Positions 36,501-49,637 of a stretch of 64,000 bases of DNA are shown in pieces. How positions within the stretch are numbered: position 1 is the first letter of the stretch; the number at the start of each line of letters is the position of its first letter. The stretch is from Balanoglossus misakiensis (taxonomy: Eukaryota; Animalia; Hemichordata), in the NCBI GenBank assembly GCA_040954595.2, contig CM082579.2:3957227-4021226 (forward strand), written 5' to 3'. A program made the translations under genes and the position numbers. The notes beneath the pieces are model-generated. The model was not told the DNA's origin and did no database searches. It worked only from the letters and a program-made list of their open reading frames with translations.

Positions 36501-38264
36501 GGATGTATTCTAATAGTATGGTACTAGAAATCTAGGGAGTGCAGTGAACTCGATTCTATCTTGATCAATTATTCAGGCAAGTCCGTGTGCATTAATAATA
36601 TCTATAAATGCGATTTATAGTACATCTGACAACCCAAAGTAGATTTGCGTGATTATGAATCTGTTTCTGGCCTCAGCGATGGAATGTGGAACGAGGCTTG
36701 CCCTGTGGCCACGTGGTATACATGTAATGAAGGTTCTTCATCGTGTACCCTTAAGACATTCAATTCCTTGTTTGATTTATCCGTAGCGATGACTTGATAA
36801 TCGGAACCGGACCAGGTAAAAATGTTGCTTTGTATATATACGTGGATATCGGTTCTCCCAATAGTTTTCCGTCAGAAAACTGTTAAATACAAAAAAAAAA
36901 ACTTTTCGTCTCTACTAGGTTTAATATATCATATAAATGCACAGAATGCTCCTCAGATTAATCACCAGTTTATATCGTCGTTGAAAACGGTTTTCGTGAA
37001 CAAAATACGTGCGCCGTAAATTAAAACGTGACGCTATAGATATACTGTGTGCGAGAAACCTCATCATGGGTTTTAAAAGACGCGTGAAAGTATATACAAT
37101 TGTGATGTAACAAAGCTTAATTTTCAATGTCCGCGTGGGTAAAGCGGTTCCGCGACTGGACAAACACGCACGTTCCTTTGCATTTCCAACAATCAGCTCT
37201 TTTTATTCTCTTCGTCATATCTTATTTACCCGATGCATAAAACCGTTGCAAATTGAACGTTTCTGGAGTGGTCGTTGCGGGCATGTGCTACATCTGCCTA
37301 TTACTGGAGACCTCTAATGATCCCTTTATTTGTGAAGGATGCGTAGCGTATGACTGGCCTCAGCCGGAGGTTCTGAACCAATCTCTAAACTAATGTGCTA
37401 CCCACCAGCTATACAGCGCCTTGTTATGTCCAGTGACTCAGAACCAAACAAAATTGTTTGTCTCTGACAAAGACGAAAAGTGCTTCTTGGAAATGTGAAG
37501 ATTATACACCAAAACGTATTGTTGACTGCAGAACCGTCCTATAAAACTACTACAAGTACATACGCGCGTTATGCAGTTACAAAAACCATTAATTCTTCAT
37601 AGAGGTGTCTATAGTGTAGGCACGGATGAATCTATTTAAGGTAGCCTGCGAGGTTTGCAGGCTATACAATTCGAATTTCGCAGCAAAAAAAACTTTCCCC
37701 ACAAACTAATCCCTGTAACTCGTCAGCGATGAAAAAGACGCTGAACGCCTGTTAATACTTGACGTTGACAAGCTACGCAACGGGGACGTGTATGGCAAAT
37801 TTCTCGATTTGCCATTTTGACACGTCTCTTTGTCTTATAAATGGTGTAACTCAAAAACAAACCATCTCAAGTCCATCAAAGCTTAACGCCACAATACCGA
37901 ACATACGTTCTCGAAATCCATTTTTTCATAATGTTTCTAACTTTCTTACAAGAATAATTATTTGGGTTTAAACAAACTACCTAGTGACAAAAATGATCTT
38001 CAAGTCTTCGGTCAGCTATTGTGAAAAAATATAACATTTTAAGAATTTGAGAAGTGGTTTTTCAGACAGTTTACACAAATTAGTACTCGTCAATGTTTCT
38101 AAACCCATCCTTTAAAGACGCAAACCCTTCCGATACTACAAAATTTGGTGACACAGATATAAAATGCATGGAAAAGGATTTCCATTCATATATAGGTAAA
38201 ATGTTACCTTCGGCCAAAAAAATGTGCGATTAGAAATATGTCGCCAAGAACCACACAAGCTACC

Positions 38265-39296
38265 TCAATCATCGTTCCTTCTATGTATTGCTGTCGAAAT
38301 ACTGTGCTCAGGCGCTGAATTGTAAAGCTCGGTGACATTTGGGTCGATTTTCGCCCGAAAGAACACTATCTTAATACCTCTCTGGAACTGTTTGTATTTC
38401 AACGCGTAAATGATCGGATTGATGGCCGAGTTGACGAAGCCAAGAATGACACCTATGTAATAAAAGGAGCTGCCGAAATCCAGTGGAACACCAAAACAGA
38501 ACACCATGAAGGTGATCTGGTTCGGGCCCCAACACAAGGCGTACGCGAAAAACACCAAAGTGAGCATTTTTAGAACATTCTGGCGGGCTCGTTTAAGAGC
38601 CTGGCCGTGGTGATGGGGCAGTTGTGGCAATGGGCCGGGGGCGATTGAATTGCCTCTGAGCTCGAGAAAACAGCGAGTGTACGCCAGCGACATCACGGCC
38701 AGCGGTATCAGGTACTGGGCGCAGACGTTGCAGATGCCGACGAATTTGCCGAAGATGGGCGAGTGCCAAATCTTGGCCGCCATGCAACTGCCGCGGTCGA
38801 AGTGCTGGACGTAGAGGTTGAACGACTTGAAGAACATGCCGACGAACCACTCGGCCGCGAGCATCACCAGTACCCGCCTCCTGGTGAACATCCATCCGTG
38901 GTGGAGCGGGTAGATGATCGCGCAGTAGCGCTCCAGGGTGATGACCACCAGGTTGAGGGCGGACGTCAGGAAGCAGGCCCATAGCAGGTAGGCCGACTTC
39001 CACACCCGACACAGTATCTCTCCGAAGACGCTGTTCGAAGTGTAGGTGAACTGCGGCCCCAGGTGGAACATCACCATCAGCACCGACGTCACCAGATCGA
39101 TGACGGCCTGGTGGACGATCAAATAGTTCGTCAGGGTTCGCAGTGTGGGAACCCGAAGGAACACGAGGCACACCAAGAAATTGCCGAGAATGCCACATAT
39201 CCCGATTGAGCCCGATAAGGCGTTCATCCACCAGATTCCTTTAGGATTTTGATCACTATCTTCGAACATGGTCGTGTTTGTTACGTTAACTGACAT
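38265..39296 (-). CDS. Orphan rhodopsin-like (class A) GPCR, same WGPNQ-type family, intronless CDS, 343 aa
   Basis: 7 TM segments. Motifs: GN in TM1, QAVID in TM2, ERYCAIIYP, CWGPNQ in TM6, NSAINPIIY in TM7. A probable 5'UTR intron acceptor (ttctgtcgtag) is at ~39335. Confidence 0.93.
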   Translation of the reverse strand: MSVNVTNTTMFEDSDQNPKGIWWMNALSGSIGICGILGNFLVCLVFLRVPTLRTLTNYLIVHQAVIDLVTSVLMVMFHLGPQFTYTSNSVFGEILCRVWKSAYLLWACFLTSALNLVVITLERYCAIIYPLHHGWMFTRRRVLVMLAAEWFVGMFFKSFNLYVQHFDRGSCMAAKIWHSPIFGKFVGICNVCAQYLIPLAVMSLAYTRCFLELRGNSIAPGPLPQLPHHHGQALKRARQNVLKMLTLVFFAYALCWGPNQITFMVFCFGVPLDFGSSFYYIGVILGFVNSAINPIIYALKYKQFQRGIKIVFFRAKIDPNVTELYNSAPEHSISTAIHRRNDD

Positions 39297-42200
39297 TTTG
39301 AAAAACTTGTCTTGTAAAACACTCAGTAGATGACCTACGACAGAATCATGGAAATAAAAAGAAACATTTTGAATTTAATGGACATTAGCTTTAACTTTTG
39401 GTTATATTTTCAGTATTTTTGTTCTGCACCATATACAGCTCGTTAATATACCCAGTTCTCCCCGTCGTGTTATTGTTGACATAGGAATTCTAGTCCGGAC
39501 TTGAATTTAAATTTTGCACAATAACAATTCTGACTATACACATACATGTACGTGTCGATAAGCTGAATGGCTGGGCATTTCGTCATGTTTCAGGAATTCG
39601 AACAAGAAACTACAGAAGATACATAAAACAAACATACTGAAATCGTAGCGGAAGGTTACAGCAAATGGAGCTTTAATATAACAAGGAACTGCAAGGTTTA
39701 GATGACTATCAGTTTTCTGAACAATCTGTCCTGAAGGCGCGTACTACATATGAAAGATATTATATGCTGGCCAGGGTAAGCTTATATATATGAGGAGCCA
39801 GCTGGCGTGCGGATTTAGAGCATGAGTAAATAGACGGGCCTAGTTATACAGAGCCAATTATATTTAATGCCCAGTGTGTGTGTATGTGTGTGTACAAGGT
39901 CGGCAACTTTTCATTAGAACAAAGGCCGCTGTAATTTTAAACCGATGTTGCATACGAGAATAAGCTGAGGGGGAAGATCGACTTCACCATCACGTGCAAT
40001 CAAGGAATCTGTAGGCGAAATACACGATATCCCAGTCTTTGTTACACAGATATCGTCGTTCTGATAAAGATCCAAACAAGATATTAACCACTGCATTGCC
40101 TTTCTAAAACTTTCCTGGGCACATGGGTTTTACATTATTATTTATGATTACAATCCAGAAATATCGTATAAATCAACTGAGTTATAGGAAACTGCATTGG
40201 CATTTTTGCAATTTCAAAAAAGTGTGTTTTCAGTAAAAAAAAAAAAAAATCAGAAAGGCGGTTTTTTAACATACAAAATCAAGTAGAACTATGAAAAGGA
40301 AATTGTTATCTGGCTATTTTCAAGATCTAGTATTATCACAAATTAGTTGCAATCGTGTACCTTGAAATGCGTGTCAACGCGATAACACGCACATCGGACG
40401 CGCGCCACTAGCAAACATCCGCGACACGTTAACGAGACAAATTACGCTTGTCTGGAGAACCAGTGAACAACATGCATACACGATTTTTGGGGGTAAAAAT
40501 AGTATTGACATTCAGGTGAGGTATCTTACCTGAACCAAGACAAAAGTTGTCGGATGGTGCCAAAAGAGAAATTAATGTTGGGTGGATGGATGACTGTACA
40601 GTTCGTTCTCTCCGTTGGAGAATTGTTTTCGGTAACGAGGAGCGTCCGACTTCCACGGTATGGAATCGTCTCAGATCGTCAGCGCATATCCGTCAGATAC
40701 GTAGACTGACTATTAACGTCTTCGTGTTATAGACGCACAGCTCTCATGACATCGGCTGCGCCCGAATCGTGTGGTGACACTGACAATAGAGAGACTCCCC
40801 TGTGGTCATATCATCCCTCACAGTGATAACACACGCTTGGGCATCTGCTCCCAACACGACTGTATATTTGAACTCTGGTGGTTTTCTGTCTCGATTGAGT
40901 TATCCAATCCGCTCCGATTGGCTAGAGTGTGTGAGGATGGGTTGGTTAAACCGTCAGTGTGTGTTGAATTCTGGGTAATCTATGACGTTCTGATGTGCCT
41001 GATTTGAGCGTGATCTGTCTGGAGTACCACTTTATGACATTTACCAACATCCTATAAATTTGCTCGATATATATGCTACATGCATTCAATTGTACACATA
41101 TTGTACATTTTATATAACTGTACAGACAGACAGATAGGATAGGGTAGGGTAGGTAGGGTAGGGTAGGTGTTAGCAGAATTTTAAATGAAAAATAACGTGA
41201 CAATGCAAAAGCCCACACTCCGGTTATTTCTTACGTATGTACAAACCTCAATAAGCTGAAAATTGGCAACAAAATGAAGTGTTCAGGTCTGGCTAACAAC
41301 CATCCATCCACATGACGACGCAAAAGGAACAGTCCTGCAGCGGTGCATTGTAATCGGGATGCATGACATTTTAATCCTGGGAATACTACAATTAGACAAA
41401 GAGACCCCAAACTACACAAAGAATGTGGAACCAGTTTGCATAGAAAGACTCGGCACCATTTATCCGCAGGGAATAAATTTAAAAGTTCTCCAAGGGGAAC
41501 TTGGCCAGCCCCCGTGTACTATATGCTAAGAATGATATAAACTATTTCCCCCACCCCCTCATACCACTTATATACATGTACCATTCCTTGGTGTTTGCAC
41601 GATCACCCCACGGCTCTCTCTATTCGCATCTGTTAGGAAAACCATCCAATTTCCAATAACCTTTATGCTATGCAATCACCTACTCTGCCTTCAAGCACAT
41701 GTAATATAGGTTCACTGTAGCTTCAGGACATTCGTCACTTCTGTGTACGACATACATGTTTTTTTTCAGCACATTGAGAACTTACTTTTTGTCATTCTAA
41801 AAGACATATGTCACGAATACTGTTTTAAGGGATTTGGTATTCGTTGAAAAATATGTTGTCTTAAAAGTTTGTTTTTTTTTGTAAATAGTATTACACGTGT
41901 TGGCGTGCTTGTTTTTACAGTGCGTGGTAAATTGTTTCCACGTATAAGCTTTGAAACTTTAACCAACAGCAGACAGTCGTGTAGTCACGTCAAATCAAAT
42001 ATCTTCCGAGAATATTATTCAGTGAGTTTCTCAAGATATGAGACGAACAAACAGACGTCGTGTTCTTTTGAAGCGGATCAGATAAGGCCGGGGATTGAAT
42101 ACAGAAGACTTTTCAAATGCTGCCAGCGGGCAATCGGGGTAGTTGGCCGTGCATCAGGACATGAATAGGATTGAACACCACTATGGTTTCAGTAGAAATG

Positions 42201-45200
42201 GGCTGATTTGATGGGTTGGGCGGCCTTCCCCCTATTTTAAAGTGTATGACAGAGTGTCGGCTTCTTGTCAATATCGAAATGAATGCGTCCTTCCACGGTT
42301 GTTACTTGTAATAATACAAATACATGGACACATCGTTATCATGGTTTTTTTTAAGTCTATACGCTCCTAAACTCAATGGTGGTTCCGAAGACAATGGCTT
42401 TCTTCCAACAATAGCATGCTTCGAAGCATTCTTGCAAACGCCAAGCGTCTATATGAAATGATTTTAGTTGGATGCACGTTATCTTTATTACTCAATGAAT
42501 ACCAAGAGTCGCGCTGGAACCTGTTTCAATTGAGTATTTCTGTATTTCCCCGTTCCGCTCCCCAATACACGTAGTAATAACACGCTCAGGGTCCGGACAA
42601 AAAGAGCTAAACTGTTCTTCTGCACAGTTTCCGTGTCTCAGATATGCGACGCTCAGATTTCATTCAAACAACCCTACAAAGCCCGAACGACTATCGCCTC
42701 GGCGAATCATCTTACATATTCACCCCCGAGGCTGCATGATGCAGATCGAACAGCTTGTTAAAAAAACACCACGTGATGATTAAAATCACACGTACTGTAT
42801 TTTCTACCACTTACTTCCAATCTGAAAATATTGGTCGAGCTTATTCTTCGAGATGAATCAACAAATCAACCAGTAATTTTGCTCCCATGAATTTAATTTT
42901 TCCCGTTGTGATATTTAGCAGTATATCTTCGCTTTTACATTTGTTTCTGAAGGGCTTGGCGACTACAACGAAAAGTGAGCTACACCCATACTTCTGAATT
43001 CAAAAGACAGTGCATTGGATAGTTTTCATACATGCTCTTTTTTCTATAATGCGCATGCGTGCTCAGTATATTCATATTTCGACATAATATAAAGGTGGCG
43101 TTTCTTTACTTAGGTTTGTTTCTCATGGTCTGACTGATCCTTATATGGATATCTTTGGCTCGGAAAACGTTAAAAAAAGAATAATTGCGACTGATTCTAA
43201 TTTCTCAGCAAATTTATGCCCTCCGTGGTAAGATTTTGCAATGCCGTTGATAGATATAAATGCGGCAGCAGGCTCAGATAGAGTGGAATAGGCAAGTGAA
43301 ATTTAATATATAAAAGTTTGGTTTCATGTGAATGTGTCATGTAAACAGAGGTGTGTTTAACCAACATGTAGGCCTATGTGCATTTTTTGTTGCATCCTTG
43401 ACTTGGTAGCGGATTTGGGTTCATCCGAACCCATCATGTAGACTAGAGTGTCGTCGTAATCTCGAATACACGGAGTCAATTGTGCCAATTTTCCTCGAAG
43501 CATAAAATCAAAACATTTATAATGGCTTGCTGGATTGCCCATTGCGTGTTTTCCGCGTGCCGCGCGTCAATAGACGGAAAACAGGAACCCCGAACGGACG
43601 CTGTACAATTCCACGAACACGTGTAAACATTCACAACGTGTAAGCTATTACGCAGCAGACTTCAAGAAGACATGAATGAAAGAAACGCTGCAATAACCTA
43701 CGAGGTCTGCACGACACTTCCCTGGGCTTTTTGACATTCACAGTGTTCCGTTGAGGATCTAAATCGGAAAACTGCCCGAAGGCACCAAAAAAGGACGTTG
43801 CCGTGCGATTATCTTCTTAAGTCACGACTGGCAGTCTCAGGAGAAAGTATCCCTACCGTTTGGAGTTTGTAGATTATTGGAATTGAATAAAACCACTGGT
43901 GAATTTTCTCACCGAGGTCGAAATCCTCGAACGACTGCACGCTGGTGACCTTGGATAATCATGTAAAGGTCGCCGCGCTGGCGTATACCTTTGCCAGTGA
44001 TGGCAAACGTGCAGTTTTGCAATGATCGTTGTTAGAAACCGGGAAAGCGTAACTGGCTTGTGTTTTTTTCCAGTCAACCGCCATAAAAAGGTAGTCCTAA
44101 TAGTGACAGCACTATTAGACAACGATAGAGAAACACATGTTGTCGGTCATGTAAATTGTTGATGGCCCGAGATAGACATAAGTTTTGAGAGTATAGGTAA
44201 GAAAGAAATTCAGTACACGAACGATTAATAAATAAGTATAGCAACTGTTCAATGGTGCATATTGCAGTATAGGGTATTGCCATCGTAAATTAAAAATCAG
44301 TATAAAGGTTATAATAGTGGGTAAATCTATTTAGTCTGGTCAGATTTGTGCTGGATGAGCGAACGACGCAAATTGGATAAACGTCTGATACATGTAACAG
44401 TTTGAGGCTATCAAATAAATCCTCCTTGTCCCCCTTCTGTTGTAATATATTCTCTATTTCTGACTAAGTACATCCATGGGTTATTAGACTAGACAGAATT
44501 AAGTCTTGGTGTGGGTATCAAAGCTGGCTGATACTTAAAAATGCCGGTGGGAATGGTTTGCGTCGTGATATGCGACCATTTGGGGGGGGGGGGGTGGAAT
44601 GAATATGCGGGGGACATTAACATGGGAATGACCTGTCATGTATATTCGATCAACTAGGCCCTTGTACTGACTGTGATACGGATCGGAGTGATGCCAAACA
44701 ATATCAAATCCCTGAAAGAAAGCTGTAAGGATTTCCAGCAAAAAAAAAAGAAAAAAGAATAAGAAGCCATGTCAGGCGTTTCGAAAATAATAAGCAAGCC
44801 CTGCTCCACATGTGTATGGAAATTCGAATAGAAGTCGCAGATACGGTATAGCAATACATTTGAACGTAAACGAGTATTTCGTCCGTTCATTTAGTCCTCC
44901 TTCTTTCAAATGCAGTCCATTTGGGCAAAATCCTGTTATACAAGTCAATTTTCCAATAAGCCCTACAGAAGGAGATATTACAAATTATTTCCCACACACA
45001 CATCTTGTATCGAGATCTAGGGCAACGGTTCTACAGAGGTGCTTCGTTAAATACGGTTGATAGACCGAAGGACACGTGTAGAGGTTTTGTACCACCACGA
45101 TTCGATATCAGCACAATACACAATCATACAAATTTTTCAAAGGGTAACCCAAGCGACGATGATTTAGAAATGCCGAATTATCTTCCATTTGGCGAATAAA

Positions 45201-48200
45201 TGAGTCGGTGGCATCTTCAGGCTAAAGTATTACAGGTCCTTTACATGCAGCAAAAGTGTATCAAATGTCAGTATTGGTTGAGGAGGGCATAATTCAGTGC
45301 AGATCAATTTGCATCCTTCTCCATGTTATTTTCATGAATGAAGGTATTAAACATGGAGACGCACGGCCGATGCGATTATTGTGTACTTTTGCAAGAGGGT
45401 AATCAAGTTGACCTTTGACCGTATAAATTTCATAATATTCTCATCAGTAAATTTCCCATGTCTGATCACGAATTAGAACATGTCACGTTTATGGTATCAT
45501 TTATGTTAATTATAACCATTGTCATACCACAGTAAACCATTACCCCAATACGCATCTTAAATTATGGATTCGCTATAGTAGTTATCGTATAACAAAATTA
45601 CCAAAGTATTTGGCATTTGGCCTAATAGCCGTGATGACTGTGATGCAGACAGAAATGAAAGAAAACGACCGTATAATAGCGACACTGTTATGGAGTCCCA
45701 ATTATGATTTCAGACAGACAGTATCAATCGTTCGGAGTACCACTCCAAAATGACTCTCTAATTCGCTTCTAGGAATGATAGGTAACTGGTAAATGTTACA
45801 GTCTGTATGCTGTCTGTCTCGAGGGTCGTAGACTATGGTTTTATCACAAGAGACTATGTTCTCACGTGGACTGAGCTGTATTAGAGATACGGCGGTTTCT
45901 AATCAATTTTACATATTAACGACCATTTTTGCAATGTGATTTCTGAAATAACCTTTTCAGAAAAAAATAAACGTTTTTGCAAAGCGTACTTAGATCCTGA
46001 GCTTCCTATATAACTGCGTCAATCGTCACACCAGCTGCTTTGCCTAAGAGAATAAGTCTTATTGAAGAAACCTTCAGTATATAAATAGTCCTAGCTGAAT
46101 TAAACCAATTAGAAGAGGTGCGTCAATGACACCAACAACGCCTACAATGTTGTGGAAGGCCCTTCGCTCGCTTCCCTACCCCTTCCGGAACGATTCAAAA
46201 ACACATGTGCTCATCATCTCTCCAAACATCTAGGAGAAGTAGGTGGATCGCGCGCTGACCTCGGCGTGAAAGGCATGAAGTAATTGAAGGCATCAATCAT
46301 ATATCATCCACAATTGGTTGGAAATCACTGGCACTATACTATGCTGTACTTCATAAAAAACAACGGCAGTTCTGGCATTAAAATCCCCAAAACAATATTA
46401 ATGTCAAATCCGGAAATTATTTTACGAAATGTTCTCGTTAATAATGCAAAATCTGTCCATTGGCATTATTACTTGACCTCTGGGTAGAAAAGTATATGCA
46501 AAGCCAAAAAAATAATTTACCCATGCAATATCACTAGTGCATGCAGTTGCCTTCAGAGATCTCTATGTGATATCTCCTACCACGGCGTGTACGGAAATAG
46601 ATGCCACTACTCCTGGAAGATCGACGCCCACCCCCCCCCCCCCACCCCCGAAAAAAATACACGTTTCGATTTACAACGACAGTTCTCATATTCCCAGGAC
46701 GCTTTTTGGGACGTGATCTGGACCGTGGAAGTGTACGTCCATGGCAAATCTTGACTAACCGCCTTTTGGCGAACCCCACTTGCGCTCTGATTCTCCACGT
46801 GGACCAGATCATTTGCGCTCCACGTCACAGCATGGAACAGGCTTGTGTAATGCGTAATCCGACGCTGCCCGAAAAAAGTGCAGAGAACTAAGAGAAACAC
46901 GCAATTTTGCTAAAAGCTTGCGTTGCGTGACTTTTAGTCTCAAATAACCATTTGTTCCGAATCCACAGATATAACCGCTTGTACTGTTTGTCTTTCTTAT
47001 AGAGGTACAGTATATATTATTGCAACTGATAACTGTGTATTTTGCAAAATGAAACATTATGACCCTGCGTAAAGCGCTCTGCATTACGCTTTAGCTTTAA
47101 TATTGACCTGCGTTTGAAATAAATACGTTTTTTCGTTATCTGTTTCTATTTCAAAAACTGTGTTATCATTAACTCCACTCAAGATCCACAACCACTATCC
47201 TTGTGGCGGTCACGACTTAAAGCACTCTATAAAATATTATGATCTTGATGTTACTAGTAATTTCTACAGTCTATGCACAGTAGTGATGGCGACTCCAAAG
47301 TCACTGTTAAAAATATAACAATACAATAAGGGTTTATGAATCAACACCGCAGGGCCATTGACATTTTCTTTGCAAATGACTTTGATGGTTGGGTTTAATA
47401 GTACACAAGGGTTTGCAATTATGGTAGCATGAATGAGTAAACACGTTGTTGTCGTTCCAAATGTACACCGCAAACGAAAATGTCGACAATTGAACAGATT
47501 TGAAAGCAACTGCAGACGTGGAACCGAAAGTGATACAAAAAATACGCTCGTTATTCAAATTGCACTTAATGATTATGACATTGGTGTCAGGAAGAGCGAC
47601 GTGAAGTATCTACGCAAACCGGTTCTCGTTCACAAAAGGAGCATTGTCAGAAAACCACGTATGTGCGACGCCTTGATTGCCTGATTGTTGTGGTCCAGAT
47701 GCTCAGATACACATTAACGTATTGCTTCTAAATTGATACAATGATAAGCCAGCTCCCTGTGTGCATCAACCTCAAGTACTCGGTGTCTAAAATCAGTATT
47801 CAGCAATTCTTTTCAGAGCTAACAGATGGGAAAAATCCATATCATATACTTGTCATTTCACTTTTTTTTATTTGTTTTCTCAAGACGACTTTGAATCTGC
47901 CTCTAAAATCATTAAGACTCGAATCCTGGATGTTTAAAAAATGCCCTATATATTTTGTTAAAAAAAGATATTTGAATTGCAGGTCTACACAAAAATACAT
48001 GTACTCAAGTACAATAGTAGGCTAGTATTTTGTAAATCTTACTATCACAAAGTAGTTCCACCCATGTTTAAGTGCCAATAAGGCTTGGATATATTGGAAT
48101 AACAAGTTGTCAATTGTCTCTCAGTTTATCGGGGGGGGGGGGGTTGAGATGATCGCGCACTCACGCTTGTGCGGAGCGACAAAAGAAACGAACGTTGTCA

Positions 48201-49637
48201 CTTGTTTGTCAGACAGTATGAACGACGTCATCAAAGCCATAGCCGCCCACACAATCACTTCACCCCAGGCCATTTTTCATTATGCACCTTTTTGGTAAGA
48301 AAATGGGCGACGCAGAATCTTCGACGAAAACGGGATGTCTTTTCACTCGCAATCGCAGTCACCACCTGTTGCGCAACGTTTGGGTAAATGGACTTCCGTT
48401 TACTTTACTTGGAAATGACTCGGATGGGTAATTAATGTCCACGGGGCATCTGTCGAACATTTGACTTGCCATCAGTGAACGGATAGGTGTATTTCTACTC
48501 TCTAGGTAGAACAAATCATAAAGCAGAATTTAACTAGAGAGGGCGCTCTACCGCGTGTATACATAGCCAGAGGAAGCTAATACCGCTGTCCATAGTAGGC
48601 TTTTTTGGTAGTCTATTTAAATTTATTGGGGTTTTAATGTAGGAGTCCATGAACTCGCCTTGAGTATGACAAATTATGTCAGTACGTGCGACACGTTCCG
48701 ATTTGCTGAACAATACATTCCCGATTACAGCGCAACAGCGACCTTGCCAAACACGCCACCGTATGAACTTCACAAATACATAAACATGATGGCTGTGATA
48801 TATTGCCAAGCTTGTCACAAGACACTCTTTATGCCGGCTCTATTCAAGTGGAGCTGCACTTCAAACGACGATATTGGCCGAATTTTACTCGTTCAGACAA
48901 GTTTGTTTGTCTTCGTGCTGACACTTAGACGTTCACGTGCAAAAAAAACCGTGACAGATCGTCGAACTATTTTTTGCAATGTCAACGTGTCCGTGTGACA
49001 CGTGTTGTTTCTTTGTCTACAGAATAGGGCGTCAATGCGTGCTACTTTTCTAACTTTTCCCGAACTTCAAATAAAAATAAATCATCTCAGTATTTGGCGA
49101 ATAATGTCTAAATTAAAGACTTGACTCTATTGTACGTGTGTTTGTCGATGAAGTCATCGCAGATTGAACAAATGTTTAATGAGTGAATGGCTCAATGTGA
49201 TTTGCTTTTCATTAAAAAAAACGATTCCACTTTGCTTTTCGTGAACGTTAGGGCATACTTGATTTTGGTTACCTTATTTTACATTACGTCTGTGAGGCTT
49301 TACAGAAAAGATATTTGAAATCGGAAGAGACGGTTGACATAGTTTCAGGTTTCTACTGCATTACATTCACACGTAAAACATTTATTTGCATTTGAAAGAA
49401 AGGGCACACGAGAACTGCTTGTTTCAGCATTCTTGTACGTTTCATTCGTGTGCCCATTTTTCTGTCGTTTATCATGCTTTATTAAAAGATTTGTGGCGTG
49501 CACTTTAACGTCACACGATTCTGTGTCAATAGACAGAGAAGAATTCGATTTCTTGTTTTCTCGGGTGTTTGATTGGCATTGCACTTTTTTTCTCTATTTT
49601 TTTCCGGAAGAAACGTAATTATAAGATAGGTTACACA

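Noticed and set aside
46714-46811. Imperfect inverted repeat tgatctgg...ccagatca; also a 26-bp palindrome at 36472-36497
   Set aside because: Too short or degenerate, no TSD, single copy.
39400-49300. Numerous 60-110 aa ORFs in the intergenic block
   Set aside because: No domain motifs, no consistent exon chain, AT-rich non-coding composition.
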